From Candidatus Krumholzibacteriia bacterium (GTDB taxonomy: Bacteria > Krumholzibacteriota > Krumholzibacteriia > LZORAL124-64-63): 35,771 nt of DNA. The position numbers were made by a program, and so were the translations under genes. The notes under the pieces were generated by a model, which was given only the letters and a program-made list of their open reading frames with translations, did no database searches and was not told the DNA's origin. Location: assembly GCA_046484865.1 (NCBI GenBank), contig JAWOID010000072.1:1-35771 (forward strand), read 5' to 3'. Positions 18,340-27,098 of this stretch are shown piece by piece; position 1 is the stretch's first letter, and the number at the start of each line of letters is the position of its first letter.

Positions 18340-20142
18340 TCATTCCAGCAGCGTCAGCTTCCCGGAGGCCGCCAGCTGGTCGTCGACGAGGATGCTGTAC
18401 AGGTAGACGCCCGATCCCGCGCTGCGGCCCGCCGAGTCGACACCCGACCAGCGCAGCCGCTGCGGGCCGGCCGTCGCCGTGCGCGGACCGCTGGACCAGA
18501 TCACGCGTCCGCGCAGATCGTGGATCCGCACCCGGTAGCCGCCGTCCTGCGTCAGCGTGAACCGCAGGTCGGTGGCCGGGTTGAACGGGTTGGGCGAAGG
18601 GCCGTGGTCCACCAGCGGGACCGGTGCGAGGTCCGCGGGAGCGTCGCTGACGGCGAGGTAGGACTCGTGGATCTCGTCCACGTTGATGTGACCGAGGACG
18701 CCGCTCTCCTCGTCCACGATCTTGATGACGCACAGCCGGCCGCGGAAAGGGGTGACGTTCCAGCGGACCGGCCGCATGGCGGACGTACCGTCCCCGGAGG
18801 CTGACAGCAGCAGGGTGTCGGCCCGGGCGTCGTACAGGCCGACGAAGCAGGTCTTGGGGTAGTCGCCGCCGCCCACGAGCAGCGAGATGGTGTGACCCAT
18901 CACGAAGAATGGATGGCTGGTGGCGGTTCCGGTGGCCTCGTCCGCCAGTTTGAGGCCCGGCTGACCCGTGCCCGATAGCGGCCCCTGGAAGTACTCGGCG
19001 CTGCCGAAGTAGCCGTTGCCGACCAGCCCCACCGGCTCGTCGCCGCGGACGGCCGGGTTGTCGCCGAAGGTGGGCTGACCGAGCGCGACCATGCCGGTCC
19101 ACCCGGCGAACCAGCGCTTCAACGGGTGCGGCTGGTACGGTTTCGGGGTCCGTCCGCTGTCGTGATACGTCAGCGTATCGAAGCGTACGGCGTAGGAAAC
19201 CGCATCCACGCCCTGGTAGGCACAGATCCGGGCGAAGATGTCGACGCCGTCGAACTGCTTCACCTCGGGAGCGTTGCCCAGGTCGATGATCGAACGATCC
19301 GCCATCGTCCAGGCGGCGCTGTCCTCGGCGGCGATGTGGCTGATGCCACCGACGCCGTACTCACCGAAGTACAGGTGCCGCACGCCGTCGCGGACGTTGT
19401 ACTGCGTGCTCTCGAGCACGCGATGAGGCGTCGAGCCGTCGTTGGTGAAGAACGCGCCCTCGTCCAGCCAGTGGACCAGATCATCGGAACTGGCACGATG
19501 GATGATCCCGACCGCGTACGAATCGATCCGCAGGGCGGCCGTGTTGAGCATCACCCAGCGGTCGTTCTCGGTGAAGACGAAGGGGTCGCGGAAATCGCTC
19601 CACGTGCCGCTCGGGCTCCACTTGTAGATGGTGGAGTCCGGCTCGAAGACCGGGTTGCCCTCGAACTTCGACCAGGTCTCGAGGTCGGGCGAGAAGGCGA
19701 GGCAGGTACGCTGGTTCATGTTCACGTCCACGCCGGTGTACAGCATGGCCCACAGCTCCCGATCCGGATCCCAGAACACCTCGGGTGCCCAGATCGCGCC
19801 GGCGTCCTCGTCGCCGGGCCCGACGGTCAGCACGGGCGTCTTCCGGGGCCAGTGCCGCAGATCGCTGCTGACGGCGTGCCAGATGGTGTCGCCGCGCGCC
19901 GCAAAGGGCGTCGTCTCGTGGATGGTGTGGTAGAACACGTGGAAGACCGAGTCGGGTCGCACCAGGCAGAAATCCCAGGTCTGACGTCCGGGATGCGTCA
20001 GGTACTTCTGCTCGAAGTCGATGTGCAGCAGGGCGGCGGCGGGGCGCGCCGTGGCGAGCAGCACGAACACCAGCAGGAGGCCGGCCGCGCTCGATGCGCC
20101 AAGCCGGAGGGAGCGGTCGGGGAACCGGAGGCATGGGAGCAC
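18340..20142 (-). CDS. Secreted GH32/GH43-like beta-propeller glycoside hydrolase with accessory domain and FlgD-Ig C-terminus
   Basis: Signal peptide, HAVSSDLRHW, IWAPEV, FRDPFV, LES, a GHINVDEI-type module and PNPFNP...GSGVYLY. Start uncertain (ORF open to 20355). Confidence 0.78.
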   Translation of the reverse strand: MLPCLRFPDRSLRLGASSAAGLLLVFVLLATARPAAALLHIDFEQKYLTHPGRQTWDFCLVRPDSVFHVFYHTIHETTPFAARGDTIWHAVSSDLRHWPRKTPVLTVGPGDEDAGAIWAPEVFWDPDRELWAMLYTGVDVNMNQRTCLAFSPDLETWSKFEGNPVFEPDSTIYKWSPSGTWSDFRDPFVFTENDRWVMLNTAALRIDSYAVGIIHRASSDDLVHWLDEGAFFTNDGSTPHRVLESTQYNVRDGVRHLYFGEYGVGGISHIAAEDSAAWTMADRSIIDLGNAPEVKQFDGVDIFARICAYQGVDAVSYAVRFDTLTYHDSGRTPKPYQPHPLKRWFAGWTGMVALGQPTFGDNPAVRGDEPVGLVGNGYFGSAEYFQGPLSGTGQPGLKLADEATGTATSHPFFVMGHTISLLVGGGDYPKTCFVGLYDARADTLLLSASGDGTSAMRPVRWNVTPFRGRLCVIKIVDEESGVLGHINVDEIHESYLAVSDAPADLAPVPLVDHGPSPNPFNPATDLRFTLTQDGGYRVRIHDLRGRVIWSSGPRTATAGPQRLRWSGVDSAGRSAGSGVYLYSILVDDQLAASGKLTLLE

Positions 20143-20313
20143 GAGCTCTGTCTCCTGACGGACCGCGCCATGGTGAGACGGCGGTGAGATGTCGCTTGCG
20201 CCGATGTCCCGTCCGCGCGACGCTTGCGACCGAGCGGATCGCCGGGACATCCATCCGGAGGCGCCGGAGCGGACGGAGGATTCGCCAGAGCCGCTACGGA
20301 GGCGGCAGAGGAC

Positions 20314-21456
20314 ATGGGCTCTGGACATTCTACCATCGGTGCAGGCCGCGGTCAACGTCGCCCGGTCGGAGCCGGCGGCGTGGAACGCCGGCGGCTCGCC
20401 ACAACGCTCGCGAGCGGGCTGGCGGCATTGCTCGTGATCGCGGCCATCCTGCCCGGCGCCGCGCGGTCTGGAGCCAGGGAGGCCGTGGGGGGTGCCCGCG
20501 ACCAGGCCGTCGCGCTCGCGATCGCCCGCCTCGATTCACTGCTGGATGCTGCGCGCTACGAGGAGGCCGCGACGGTGGCGGCACAGCACGCCCGGTATGC
20601 CGACGACCTCGCGCGCGGCTGGCAGTGGCGGCAGCGCTGGGGCATTGCGCTGCTGCGCGGTGGGCGAGCGGCGGCGGCCCTGCCGCACCTCGAGGCGGCG
20701 GTGCAGGGTGCTCCGGGTGTGGCGGAGAATCACCGGAACCTGGGAGCGGCCCTCATCGCCCTGGACCGCCCGGGCAGGGCTCTGGCCGAGTACCAGCAGG
20801 CGGTCGACCTCGATCCCTCCGATGCCGATCTGCGCCTCGAGTACGGGTACGCCCTCGCTCGCCTCGGCCTGGCGCAGGATGCGCTGCGCGAGTTCGGCTC
20901 GGCTCGCCACCTGTGCGGCGGCTGCCCGGTCGCGGAACGGGCGCTCGCCGGGCTGCACGTGGAAGCGGGCCGGCACGAGGCCGCCCGGCCGCACCTGGAG
21001 CGCCTGCTGGAGTGGTCGCCGGAGGATGAGTGGATTCGCAAGTCGCTGGCGCTGGGGTACCTGATCGCCGAGCGGCCGGACTCCGCGGCGGCCGTCGTGT
21101 ACGAGATCCCCCCCGCCGAACGCGATGCCGAGGCGTGGTTGCTCCTGGCCTCGGCGGGGTCGGCGACCATGCTCGTCCCCACCTGGGAACGGCTGCTGCA
21201 GGAGCCGCCCCCCGAGGACGGGTTGCCGGCGGAGGTGCGGGATTCCCACCGATTCTGGGCTCTGGTCGCCCAGGGGCTGCAGCAGGCCGGACGGCCCGAG
21301 GCGGCACTGCAGGCGATCGACCGGGCCCTCGCCCTCGAACCTGCCGAGGCGCTCTATCGCAACAACCGCGCCGCGCTGCTGCAGGCCCTGGGGCGCGAAG
21401 ACGAGGCTCGACGCGAGTTGCAGCGCGCCGGCGGAGACGGCGGCTCGGCATGGTGA
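20314..21456 (+). CDS. Exported tetratricopeptide-repeat protein
   Basis: Hydrophobic N-terminal segment and multiple TPR units (NLGAALIAL...AVDLDPSDA; ALALEPAEALYRNNRA). GAGG RBS. Confidence 0.82.
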   Translation: MGSGHSTIGAGRGQRRPVGAGGVERRRLATTLASGLAALLVIAAILPGAARSGAREAVGGARDQAVALAIARLDSLLDAARYEEAATVAAQHARYADDLARGWQWRQRWGIALLRGGRAAAALPHLEAAVQGAPGVAENHRNLGAALIALDRPGRALAEYQQAVDLDPSDADLRLEYGYALARLGLAQDALREFGSARHLCGGCPVAERALAGLHVEAGRHEAARPHLERLLEWSPEDEWIRKSLALGYLIAERPDSAAAVVYEIPPAERDAEAWLLLASAGSATMLVPTWERLLQEPPPEDGLPAEVRDSHRFWALVAQGLQQAGRPEAALQAIDRALALEPAEALYRNNRAALLQALGREDEARRELQRAGGDGGSAW

Positions 21457-22424
21457 GGGCCACCGCGGGCGGGCGGGAAAGGACAGGATTGCGACGTCTC
21501 GGACATCGTCAACGGTTCGGGTGGACCTGGCGCCGGATCCGGCCGGCTCTGGCTTGCCTGGCTGCCGTCCTCGCCGGCTGCCAGCCGGCTCCGGTCATCC
21601 GCACGGAACCGTCCGAAACCGAGATACGCCGCCCCGAGCTGATTCCCGGCGGCTTGCAGGAGGCGCCGGCTCCCGTGGCCAGGTGGCGCCCGCACTGGCT
21701 GGCTCGCTGCAGTGGTCCGGACGAGCTGCCCCAGGCGATGGAGATCTGCCTGGCCGATGCGCTAGCCCTCTGGGGGCGCCGCGAGGGGGCGGACGCGATC
21801 GCGGAACTCGAGATCTGTCGTGAACGGCGCGGCGCCGATCCGGTGCTGGATCTGGCGCTGGCGCAGTTCTACCTCGTGGCCGGCCAGGGGGAGCCCGATC
21901 TGCTCCCGCGCGAGGGGCCTGCGGCCGACGTGGGCGACTGGGAGCGCAATCGCGTCCGCCTGCTCGGCCGTGCGCGGCGGCTGCTGGAGGGTGCCGCGCG
22001 CGCGCGTCCGGACGACGCCGCGGTCGATTTCCTGCTCGCCGACGTGGTCAGGGCCGAGGGTCGTGCGGCACGGGCGGACAGCATCGTGTGGGGCGCACTG
22101 GGCAAGTGCTCGCGGAAGCGCAGTGTGGAATTGCTGCGCCAGGTCCAGGCGCTGAACCGCTATCCCGCCCGGCCCACCGCTGGGATCGCCCCGGAGTACC
22201 CCGAGGCTGCGGTGCGGGCCGGCGTGGCGGGAGATGTGGTCCTGGACGTGCTGGTCGATCCCGCCGGCCAGGCGGCGCAGGCGGTCGAGGTGTCCAGCCC
22301 GCATGCGGCCCTCACCCGGGCGACGGCCCGCGCGGTGCGCGACGTCGTCTTCGAGCCGGCCCGCGTGGGCAAGTACCCGGTCTGGTCGTGGTTGCGGGTG
22401 GTGACGAGTTTCTCCCTGGAATGA
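21450..22424 (+). CDS. Putative lipoprotein with helical/TPR-like region and TonB C-terminal domain
   Basis: Lipobox LAGC and C-terminal PEYPEAAVRAGVAGDVVLDVLVDPAG...FEPAR...VTSFSL. Confidence 0.78.
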   Translation: MVRATAGGRERTGLRRLGHRQRFGWTWRRIRPALACLAAVLAGCQPAPVIRTEPSETEIRRPELIPGGLQEAPAPVARWRPHWLARCSGPDELPQAMEICLADALALWGRREGADAIAELEICRERRGADPVLDLALAQFYLVAGQGEPDLLPREGPAADVGDWERNRVRLLGRARRLLEGAARARPDDAAVDFLLADVVRAEGRAARADSIVWGALGKCSRKRSVELLRQVQALNRYPARPTAGIAPEYPEAAVRAGVAGDVVLDVLVDPAGQAAQAVEVSSPHAALTRATARAVRDVVFEPARVGKYPVWSWLRVVTSFSLE

Positions 22425-22573
22425 CCCGGCTGCATTCGCCATTTGATCTGGGGACGCCGGGACCCTTAATTTACGCAGTCGAATCTCGTCGCCGGCTCCA
22501 CCCGGAGCGTGCCCGCGAGCGTCGACGGAAGCTCAGAGCCGCTTCCGAGCGACGCACCGTCAGGAGGTCCTCA

Positions 22574-23950
22574 GTGTCGATCCAGCGCTTCCGCCGGCAG
22601 TCCGTGGCGGCGGTTCTCGCTCTTGTCATGGCGGCAGTCCTTGCCGGCTGCACCAGCAGGGAGGACCCCTCCGAGGTGCTCGAGATCTGCGGGAACCACT
22701 CCTGCGGCGTCCTCACCATGGTCACGACCGATACCACCAGCGACGGCTTCCAGTACCTCACGCCGGCGGTGTCTCCCGATGGACAGACGCTGGTGTTCAC
22801 GGCCGACTGGGATGCGATCCCGGCGGCGGGGCGGCCACCCGAGGACGACATCTCGCGGCGGCAGGTGCTCGTGATGCCGAAGACGGCCGGAACCCAGCCG
22901 ACGACCAACCTGCCTGCGCTCGGAGCCGAGCTGGTCAAGCTACCCGATACCTACACGGTGGCGATCGGCGCGGCCGGCACCAGGATCAACGCCCGGGACG
23001 CCCAGAAGAACGATCCGATCTGGGTCGGCATCGACAGCCTGATCTTCACGATCAGGATGACCCGCGGCAACCGCATCGTGCGCGCCGACATTTCCAGCCG
23101 CGAGGTGCTTAGCAGCAGCCTGGACGTGCTCTACTACGAACCGGACGACCGTCTCGCCGGGGGCTGGACGTGGCAGCACTTCGATCCCGCAATCTCGCCG
23201 GACGGCCGCTGGCTGGCGTTCAGCCGCTTCGGCTGCGAGGTCCCGACTGTGCCCACCACGTGCACCCGGCAAGCCATATGGGTGCTCGACATGAACACGG
23301 TGGGCAGCGCTGCGCCCGTCGCATTCCCGTTGACCACCGAAATCGCGGAGATCGAGGACCCGGCCTGGTCGCCCGACGGGCGCACCCTGGTGTTCAGCGC
23401 CTCCCTGGACATCACGGGGCTCACGGGCGGGACGGGCCTGGAACTGTTCACGATCGGCTTCGATGCCGGGCTGGCGAGCACCGGCGAGGTGCCGCTCAAT
23501 CACCGGCTGCACCGCATCACCAACTCGCCGCACGAATTCGGGGATCCCGTCGACACCGTCACGCGCAACTTCGGCCCGGCGTACAGCCGCGACGGGAGCG
23601 AGATCTTCTTCGTCTCGACGCGGCGCGCGCCGTCGGTCACGCTGCGCGACCGCAACATCTGGCGGGTGGTGGCCGATGGCCGCCTCGAGCCGGAGATCGT
23701 GTTCTTCTCGCGCGAGGACGACACCGATCCGGCCGTGGATCCGGTCACGGGCGACCTGGTGCTGAGCAGCCGGATGGGATTTCCGGAATCGATGCTGGAC
23801 CGTTTCGAGCAGGAAGCCATCGCGCGCATCGAGGCGAATGAGCCGGGCCTCACCCCGGCGGAGGTGGCGGCGAAGGCGCGTGCCGAGCGTGAGGAGCTGG
23901 CGTTCTTCGCGGGCGTGATGTCGCACCTGTTCGTCTTCAGCGGCTTCTGA
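22574..23950 (+). CDS. TolB-like PD40 beta-propeller lipoprotein
   Basis: AGGAGG RBS, lipobox LAGC and PD40 repeats PAVSPDGQ, PAISPDGR, PAWSPDGR, PAYSRDGS. Confidence 0.85.
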   Translation: MSIQRFRRQSVAAVLALVMAAVLAGCTSREDPSEVLEICGNHSCGVLTMVTTDTTSDGFQYLTPAVSPDGQTLVFTADWDAIPAAGRPPEDDISRRQVLVMPKTAGTQPTTNLPALGAELVKLPDTYTVAIGAAGTRINARDAQKNDPIWVGIDSLIFTIRMTRGNRIVRADISSREVLSSSLDVLYYEPDDRLAGGWTWQHFDPAISPDGRWLAFSRFGCEVPTVPTTCTRQAIWVLDMNTVGSAAPVAFPLTTEIAEIEDPAWSPDGRTLVFSASLDITGLTGGTGLELFTIGFDAGLASTGEVPLNHRLHRITNSPHEFGDPVDTVTRNFGPAYSRDGSEIFFVSTRRAPSVTLRDRNIWRVVADGRLEPEIVFFSREDDTDPAVDPVTGDLVLSSRMGFPESMLDRFEQEAIARIEANEPGLTPAEVAAKARAEREELAFFAGVMSHLFVFSGF

Positions 23951-23967
23951 CGGTCCGGGAGGATGCC

Positions 23968-24636
23968 GTGACCGACGAGGTGAGCCTGCGCCGCGAGCTG
24001 GTGCGCATCGGCCGCCTGATGGACACGCGAGGATACGTGGTCGCCGCCGAGGGGAACCTCTCCGCCCGCCTCGGCGGCGATCTCTTCCTGGTGACGCCCA
24101 GCGGGGCGCGCAAGGGAGAGCTGATCGAGCAGGACCTGCTGATCGTGAAGGCCAGCGGCGTTCCCCGCGACGGTGCGCGCGGGCAGCCGACGTCCGAGTG
24201 GGGCCTCCACCGCGAGATCTACGCCCGCCGACCGGACCTGGCGGCCGTCTGCCACGGACATCCACCCTACGCCACCGCTCGCGCCGCGCTCCGGAAGCCG
24301 TTGCCCGGCGATCTGCTCACCGAGATCGCCGCCACGCTGGGCGAGGTGCCCGTGGCGCCGTTCGCAGTGCCGGGCACCGACGACGTGGCCCGTTCCGCGT
24401 CGTCGTTGCTGGAGCGGCACCCGGCTCTGCTGCTCGCCAATCACGGTGCCGTGGCGGCGGGGCGCACGCCGGAAGAGGCGTTCCAGCGGCTGGAGATGGT
24501 GGAGAGGCTGGCTCAGGTCACGTTCCTGGTGGAGCAGCAGGGAGGCGGCGTCCGTCTGTCCAGCGACCAGGTGGCGGCGGTGCGCCGGCTGGTCGGTGTC
24601 GACGACAAGACCGACGGCAGGGGTACGGCCCGCTGA
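23968..24636 (+). CDS. Class II aldolase/adducin family protein (FucA-like)
   Basis: EGNLSAR, VTPSG, PTSEWGLH, HGHP and LLANHG motifs. Confidence 0.92.
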   Translation: MTDEVSLRRELVRIGRLMDTRGYVVAAEGNLSARLGGDLFLVTPSGARKGELIEQDLLIVKASGVPRDGARGQPTSEWGLHREIYARRPDLAAVCHGHPPYATARAALRKPLPGDLLTEIAATLGEVPVAPFAVPGTDDVARSASSLLERHPALLLANHGAVAAGRTPEEAFQRLEMVERLAQVTFLVEQQGGGVRLSSDQVAAVRRLVGVDDKTDGRGTAR

Positions 24637-24681
24637 CGCCCCGCTGATGCCGCGAGGGCAAGGGAAGGACCGGCGGTCCGG

Positions 24682-24768
24682 CTATCCAGCCAGGCCCGAC
24701 TGGGCGGCCATCCCCACTCCCATGAGAACGGCGAGACAGACCACCAGCAGCAGAATCCGCTTCAACAT
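24682..24768 (-). CDS. Small hydrophobic protein, 28 aa
   Basis: GAAGGAG RBS, then MLKRILLLVVCLAVLMGVGMAAQSGLAG-TAG. Below the ORF-track size cut-off. Confidence 0.55.
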   Translation of the reverse strand: MLKRILLLVVCLAVLMGVGMAAQSGLAG

Positions 24769-24896
24769 CGCTGCGCTCCTTCGTCAGCTATCGATCGCAT
24801 CGTCATCGGCTCCGTCCCGATCTTCATCCGCGGACCATGCGCGTCCGGCCGCGGCCCTTCCGGCATCGAATCCATCGCGCGCGTCGCGCCTCCCGG

Positions 24897-26204
24897 TCAG
24901 CCGCGCGGCTGCGCGGCCGCCGGACCTTGCTCGTAGATGCCGGTCAGCGCCCGCACGATCGCCGACCAGCTGAATCGCTCCTCGACCAGGCGGCGCGCGT
25001 TGTCGGCCCGGCGGCGGGCCTCCCGGGGGTCGCGCCAGACCTCGCGCATGGCGTCGGCGAAGCTCGCGGCGTCGGTTTCGCCCGGGGCTCCGGTCGACCA
25101 TGGCAAGATCCAGGCCGCATCGTCGGCCGGATCGGCGATTCCCTCGGCGCCGATGGTCGTGGTGACCACCGGCAGCCCCTGGGCCATCGCCTCGAGCACC
25201 TTGATCTTGATGCCGCCGCCCTCGTGTAGCGGCGCCACCAGGGCCAGGCTGCCGCCGCACAGGCCGGCGAGATCCTCCACGAAACCGAGTGCCCGCACCC
25301 GGGGGGCCCGGCGCCGCCGGTCGTCCGAGAGGCCCGCCAGGAAGCGGCGCGACCCGCGTCCGGCCAGCACCAGCTCGGCCTCCGGCAACTCGGCGGCCAC
25401 GCGCGGCCAGATGTCGGCGACCAGCAACTCCGCGGCCACGCGGTTCGGCCGGTGGGCGAAGCTGCCCAGGAACAGGAATCGCCGGCCGCTTCCGGCGGAA
25501 TGATGGGGGACGATGCGCTCGATGTCCATGCCCAGTGGCACCGTGACGACATTTTCTCCGCCGAGCGTCTCGAGTCGGCGGCGATCGGCATCCGTGACGC
25601 AGAGGGTGACGTCGGCCCAGCCGGTGGCCGCCAGTTCGAGGCGCTCCCATCGCCGGGCCTCGACCTCGAGCCGCCGTCGTGCGCATCCGCGGGCGCCCGC
25701 GGCGCGCCGGCGGCGCGGAACCGATCCGATCTCGTGGGTGTCGAGGACCAGCAGCGGACGGCCTTTGGAGCCGGACCGGAAGTTGCGCGACGCCCGCAGA
25801 TCCCGCACCAGCAGCGCAAGTTGCAGGTATTCCACCTGGACGGCGTCGGGCGCGAAATCCGCCACCGCCGCCTGCACCTGCCGGCTCAGTTCCCGCGACC
25901 AGTACTTCTCGGCGTAGACGGGATAGCCGCTGCGCCAGGCGCGCAGGGCGGCGCCCAGCCGGTCCGCCGCGAACCCAGCCCAGGCGCGGCGCGAGACCGT
26001 CCGGTCGGCGAAGGGGATCGGGGCCAGGTCCACGCCCAGAGCGCGGACGTCGTCCAGCCGGCGCCCTTCGCCGGGTCTCACGAGGCTGATCAGCCGGACG
26101 GTGTGCAGACGCGCCAGGTGGGAGACGAGGTCGCGGACGGCGGCGCCGCCTCCGTGCCCCACCTCGCGATGGGGCAGATACGGGGTCAGCACGACCACCC
26201 GCAC
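24897..26204 (-). CDS. Glycosyltransferase family 4 (GT-B)
   Basis: FLGSFAHRPN, GFVEDL and GGGIKIKVLEAMAQGLPVVTT..GAEGI motifs, ending ERFSW. Confidence 0.92.
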   Translation of the reverse strand: MRVVVLTPYLPHREVGHGGGAAVRDLVSHLARLHTVRLISLVRPGEGRRLDDVRALGVDLAPIPFADRTVSRRAWAGFAADRLGAALRAWRSGYPVYAEKYWSRELSRQVQAAVADFAPDAVQVEYLQLALLVRDLRASRNFRSGSKGRPLLVLDTHEIGSVPRRRRAAGARGCARRRLEVEARRWERLELAATGWADVTLCVTDADRRRLETLGGENVVTVPLGMDIERIVPHHSAGSGRRFLFLGSFAHRPNRVAAELLVADIWPRVAAELPEAELVLAGRGSRRFLAGLSDDRRRRAPRVRALGFVEDLAGLCGGSLALVAPLHEGGGIKIKVLEAMAQGLPVVTTTIGAEGIADPADDAAWILPWSTGAPGETDAASFADAMREVWRDPREARRRADNARRLVEERFSWSAIVRALTGIYEQGPAAAQPRG

Positions 26205-26250
26205 GCGGGCAGGCTCCTGGGCTGGGGGGTCAGGCGGCGGAGGGCGATGC

Positions 26251-26535
26251 TCAGTGGACCACGTATCCGCGGGCCACGGCCAGATCCTCTTTCTTCCGCT
26301 CCAGCTCGATCTCCCACTCGGTGGATCCCTCCTCGAGATGGGGCTTGTGCTTGAGGATGAACGCGGCGGCCTGCTCGTCGATCTCGTCCTCCAGCTTGAG
26401 ATCCTGCAGGAGCAGGGACTCGATCAGGAAGATGAACCTCTCCTCCGTGATCTCGAGGTCCACGAGTTCCTCGTCCAGCAGCGCGTCGGCGACCTGCCGC
26501 GCGATCACGCTCACCCTCTCCTCGGACAGTCGCAT
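26251..26535 (-). CDS. DUF507-family protein
   Basis: MRLSEERV...EDEIDE...LAVARGYV pattern. Confidence 0.75.
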   Translation of the reverse strand: MRLSEERVSVIARQVADALLDEELVDLEITEERFIFLIESLLLQDLKLEDEIDEQAAAFILKHKPHLEEGSTEWEIELERKKEDLAVARGYVVH

Positions 26536-26560
26536 CGCGTTGCCTCCGGCGCAGGCCGGG

Positions 26561-26848
26561 TCAGAGGACGAACCCGCGCTTGCGGGCGATCTCGCGCTTG
26601 AACTTCTGGCGCAGCGCACCCATGTCCATCTCGAGGGTCTGGATCTCGCCGCGGTGCTCCCTCAGGAGCTTCTCGACCTCGTCCTCGATCTCGTCCTCGG
26701 CCTGCATGTTGGCGAAGATGGCGTCGGCGATCGCCCGGTAGGCGAGATCGGGGTTGGCGGTCAGATGCACCCTGGAGCTCTCCTGCATCATCTTCAGGAT
26801 CTTCTCCGCCAGGTACTCGATCTTTCGGGACGTCAGGCGCAAGGCCAT
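26561..26848 (-). CDS. DUF507-family protein (tandem paralog)
   Basis: LRLTSRKIEYLA...EDEIEDEVEKLL...KREIARKRGFVL. GGAGGAG RBS. Confidence 0.8.
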   Translation of the reverse strand: MALRLTSRKIEYLAEKILKMMQESSRVHLTANPDLAYRAIADAIFANMQAEDEIEDEVEKLLREHRGEIQTLEMDMGALRQKFKREIARKRGFVL

Positions 26849-26918
26849 CTCCTCCGCGGGTCGCGCCGGGCTCGCACGCACGGCCATCTGCGCACATTGT
26901 TGGCGTCGCGACCGGCGC

Positions 26919-26948
26919 TTGGCAAGGAAAAAGGCCCTGGGTTATGTT
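26919..26948 (+). promoter_or_regulatory. Possible sigma70 promoter of the moxR-bat operon
   Basis: TTGGCA-N18-TATGTT. Confidence 0.45.
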
Positions 26949-27002
26949 CGGCCCGCGCGCGGCCGGCGAGAGCATCGCGATGCGCGCGAGCGACGGGGCG
27001 GC

Positions 27003-27028
27003 GGGAACCTGAACGCCGGCGGGACGTA
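27003..27028 (+). promoter_or_regulatory. Possible ECF promoter of the moxR-bat operon
   Basis: GGGAAC-N16-CGTA, the same AAC-N16-CGTA geometry as 14914-14939. Confidence 0.45.
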
Positions 27029-27098
27029 ACGATGCTCCGGCGGTCGGCGACCGCGGGGCGAGCGGCAGGGACAGATCACGGCGGAGGAGAACCACGAG

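Noticed and set aside
24560..24684. Amber readthrough (pyrrolysine) extending the 28-aa ORF
   Set aside because: The continuation runs antisense into the aldolase gene, has no protein-like character, and no pyl genes are present.
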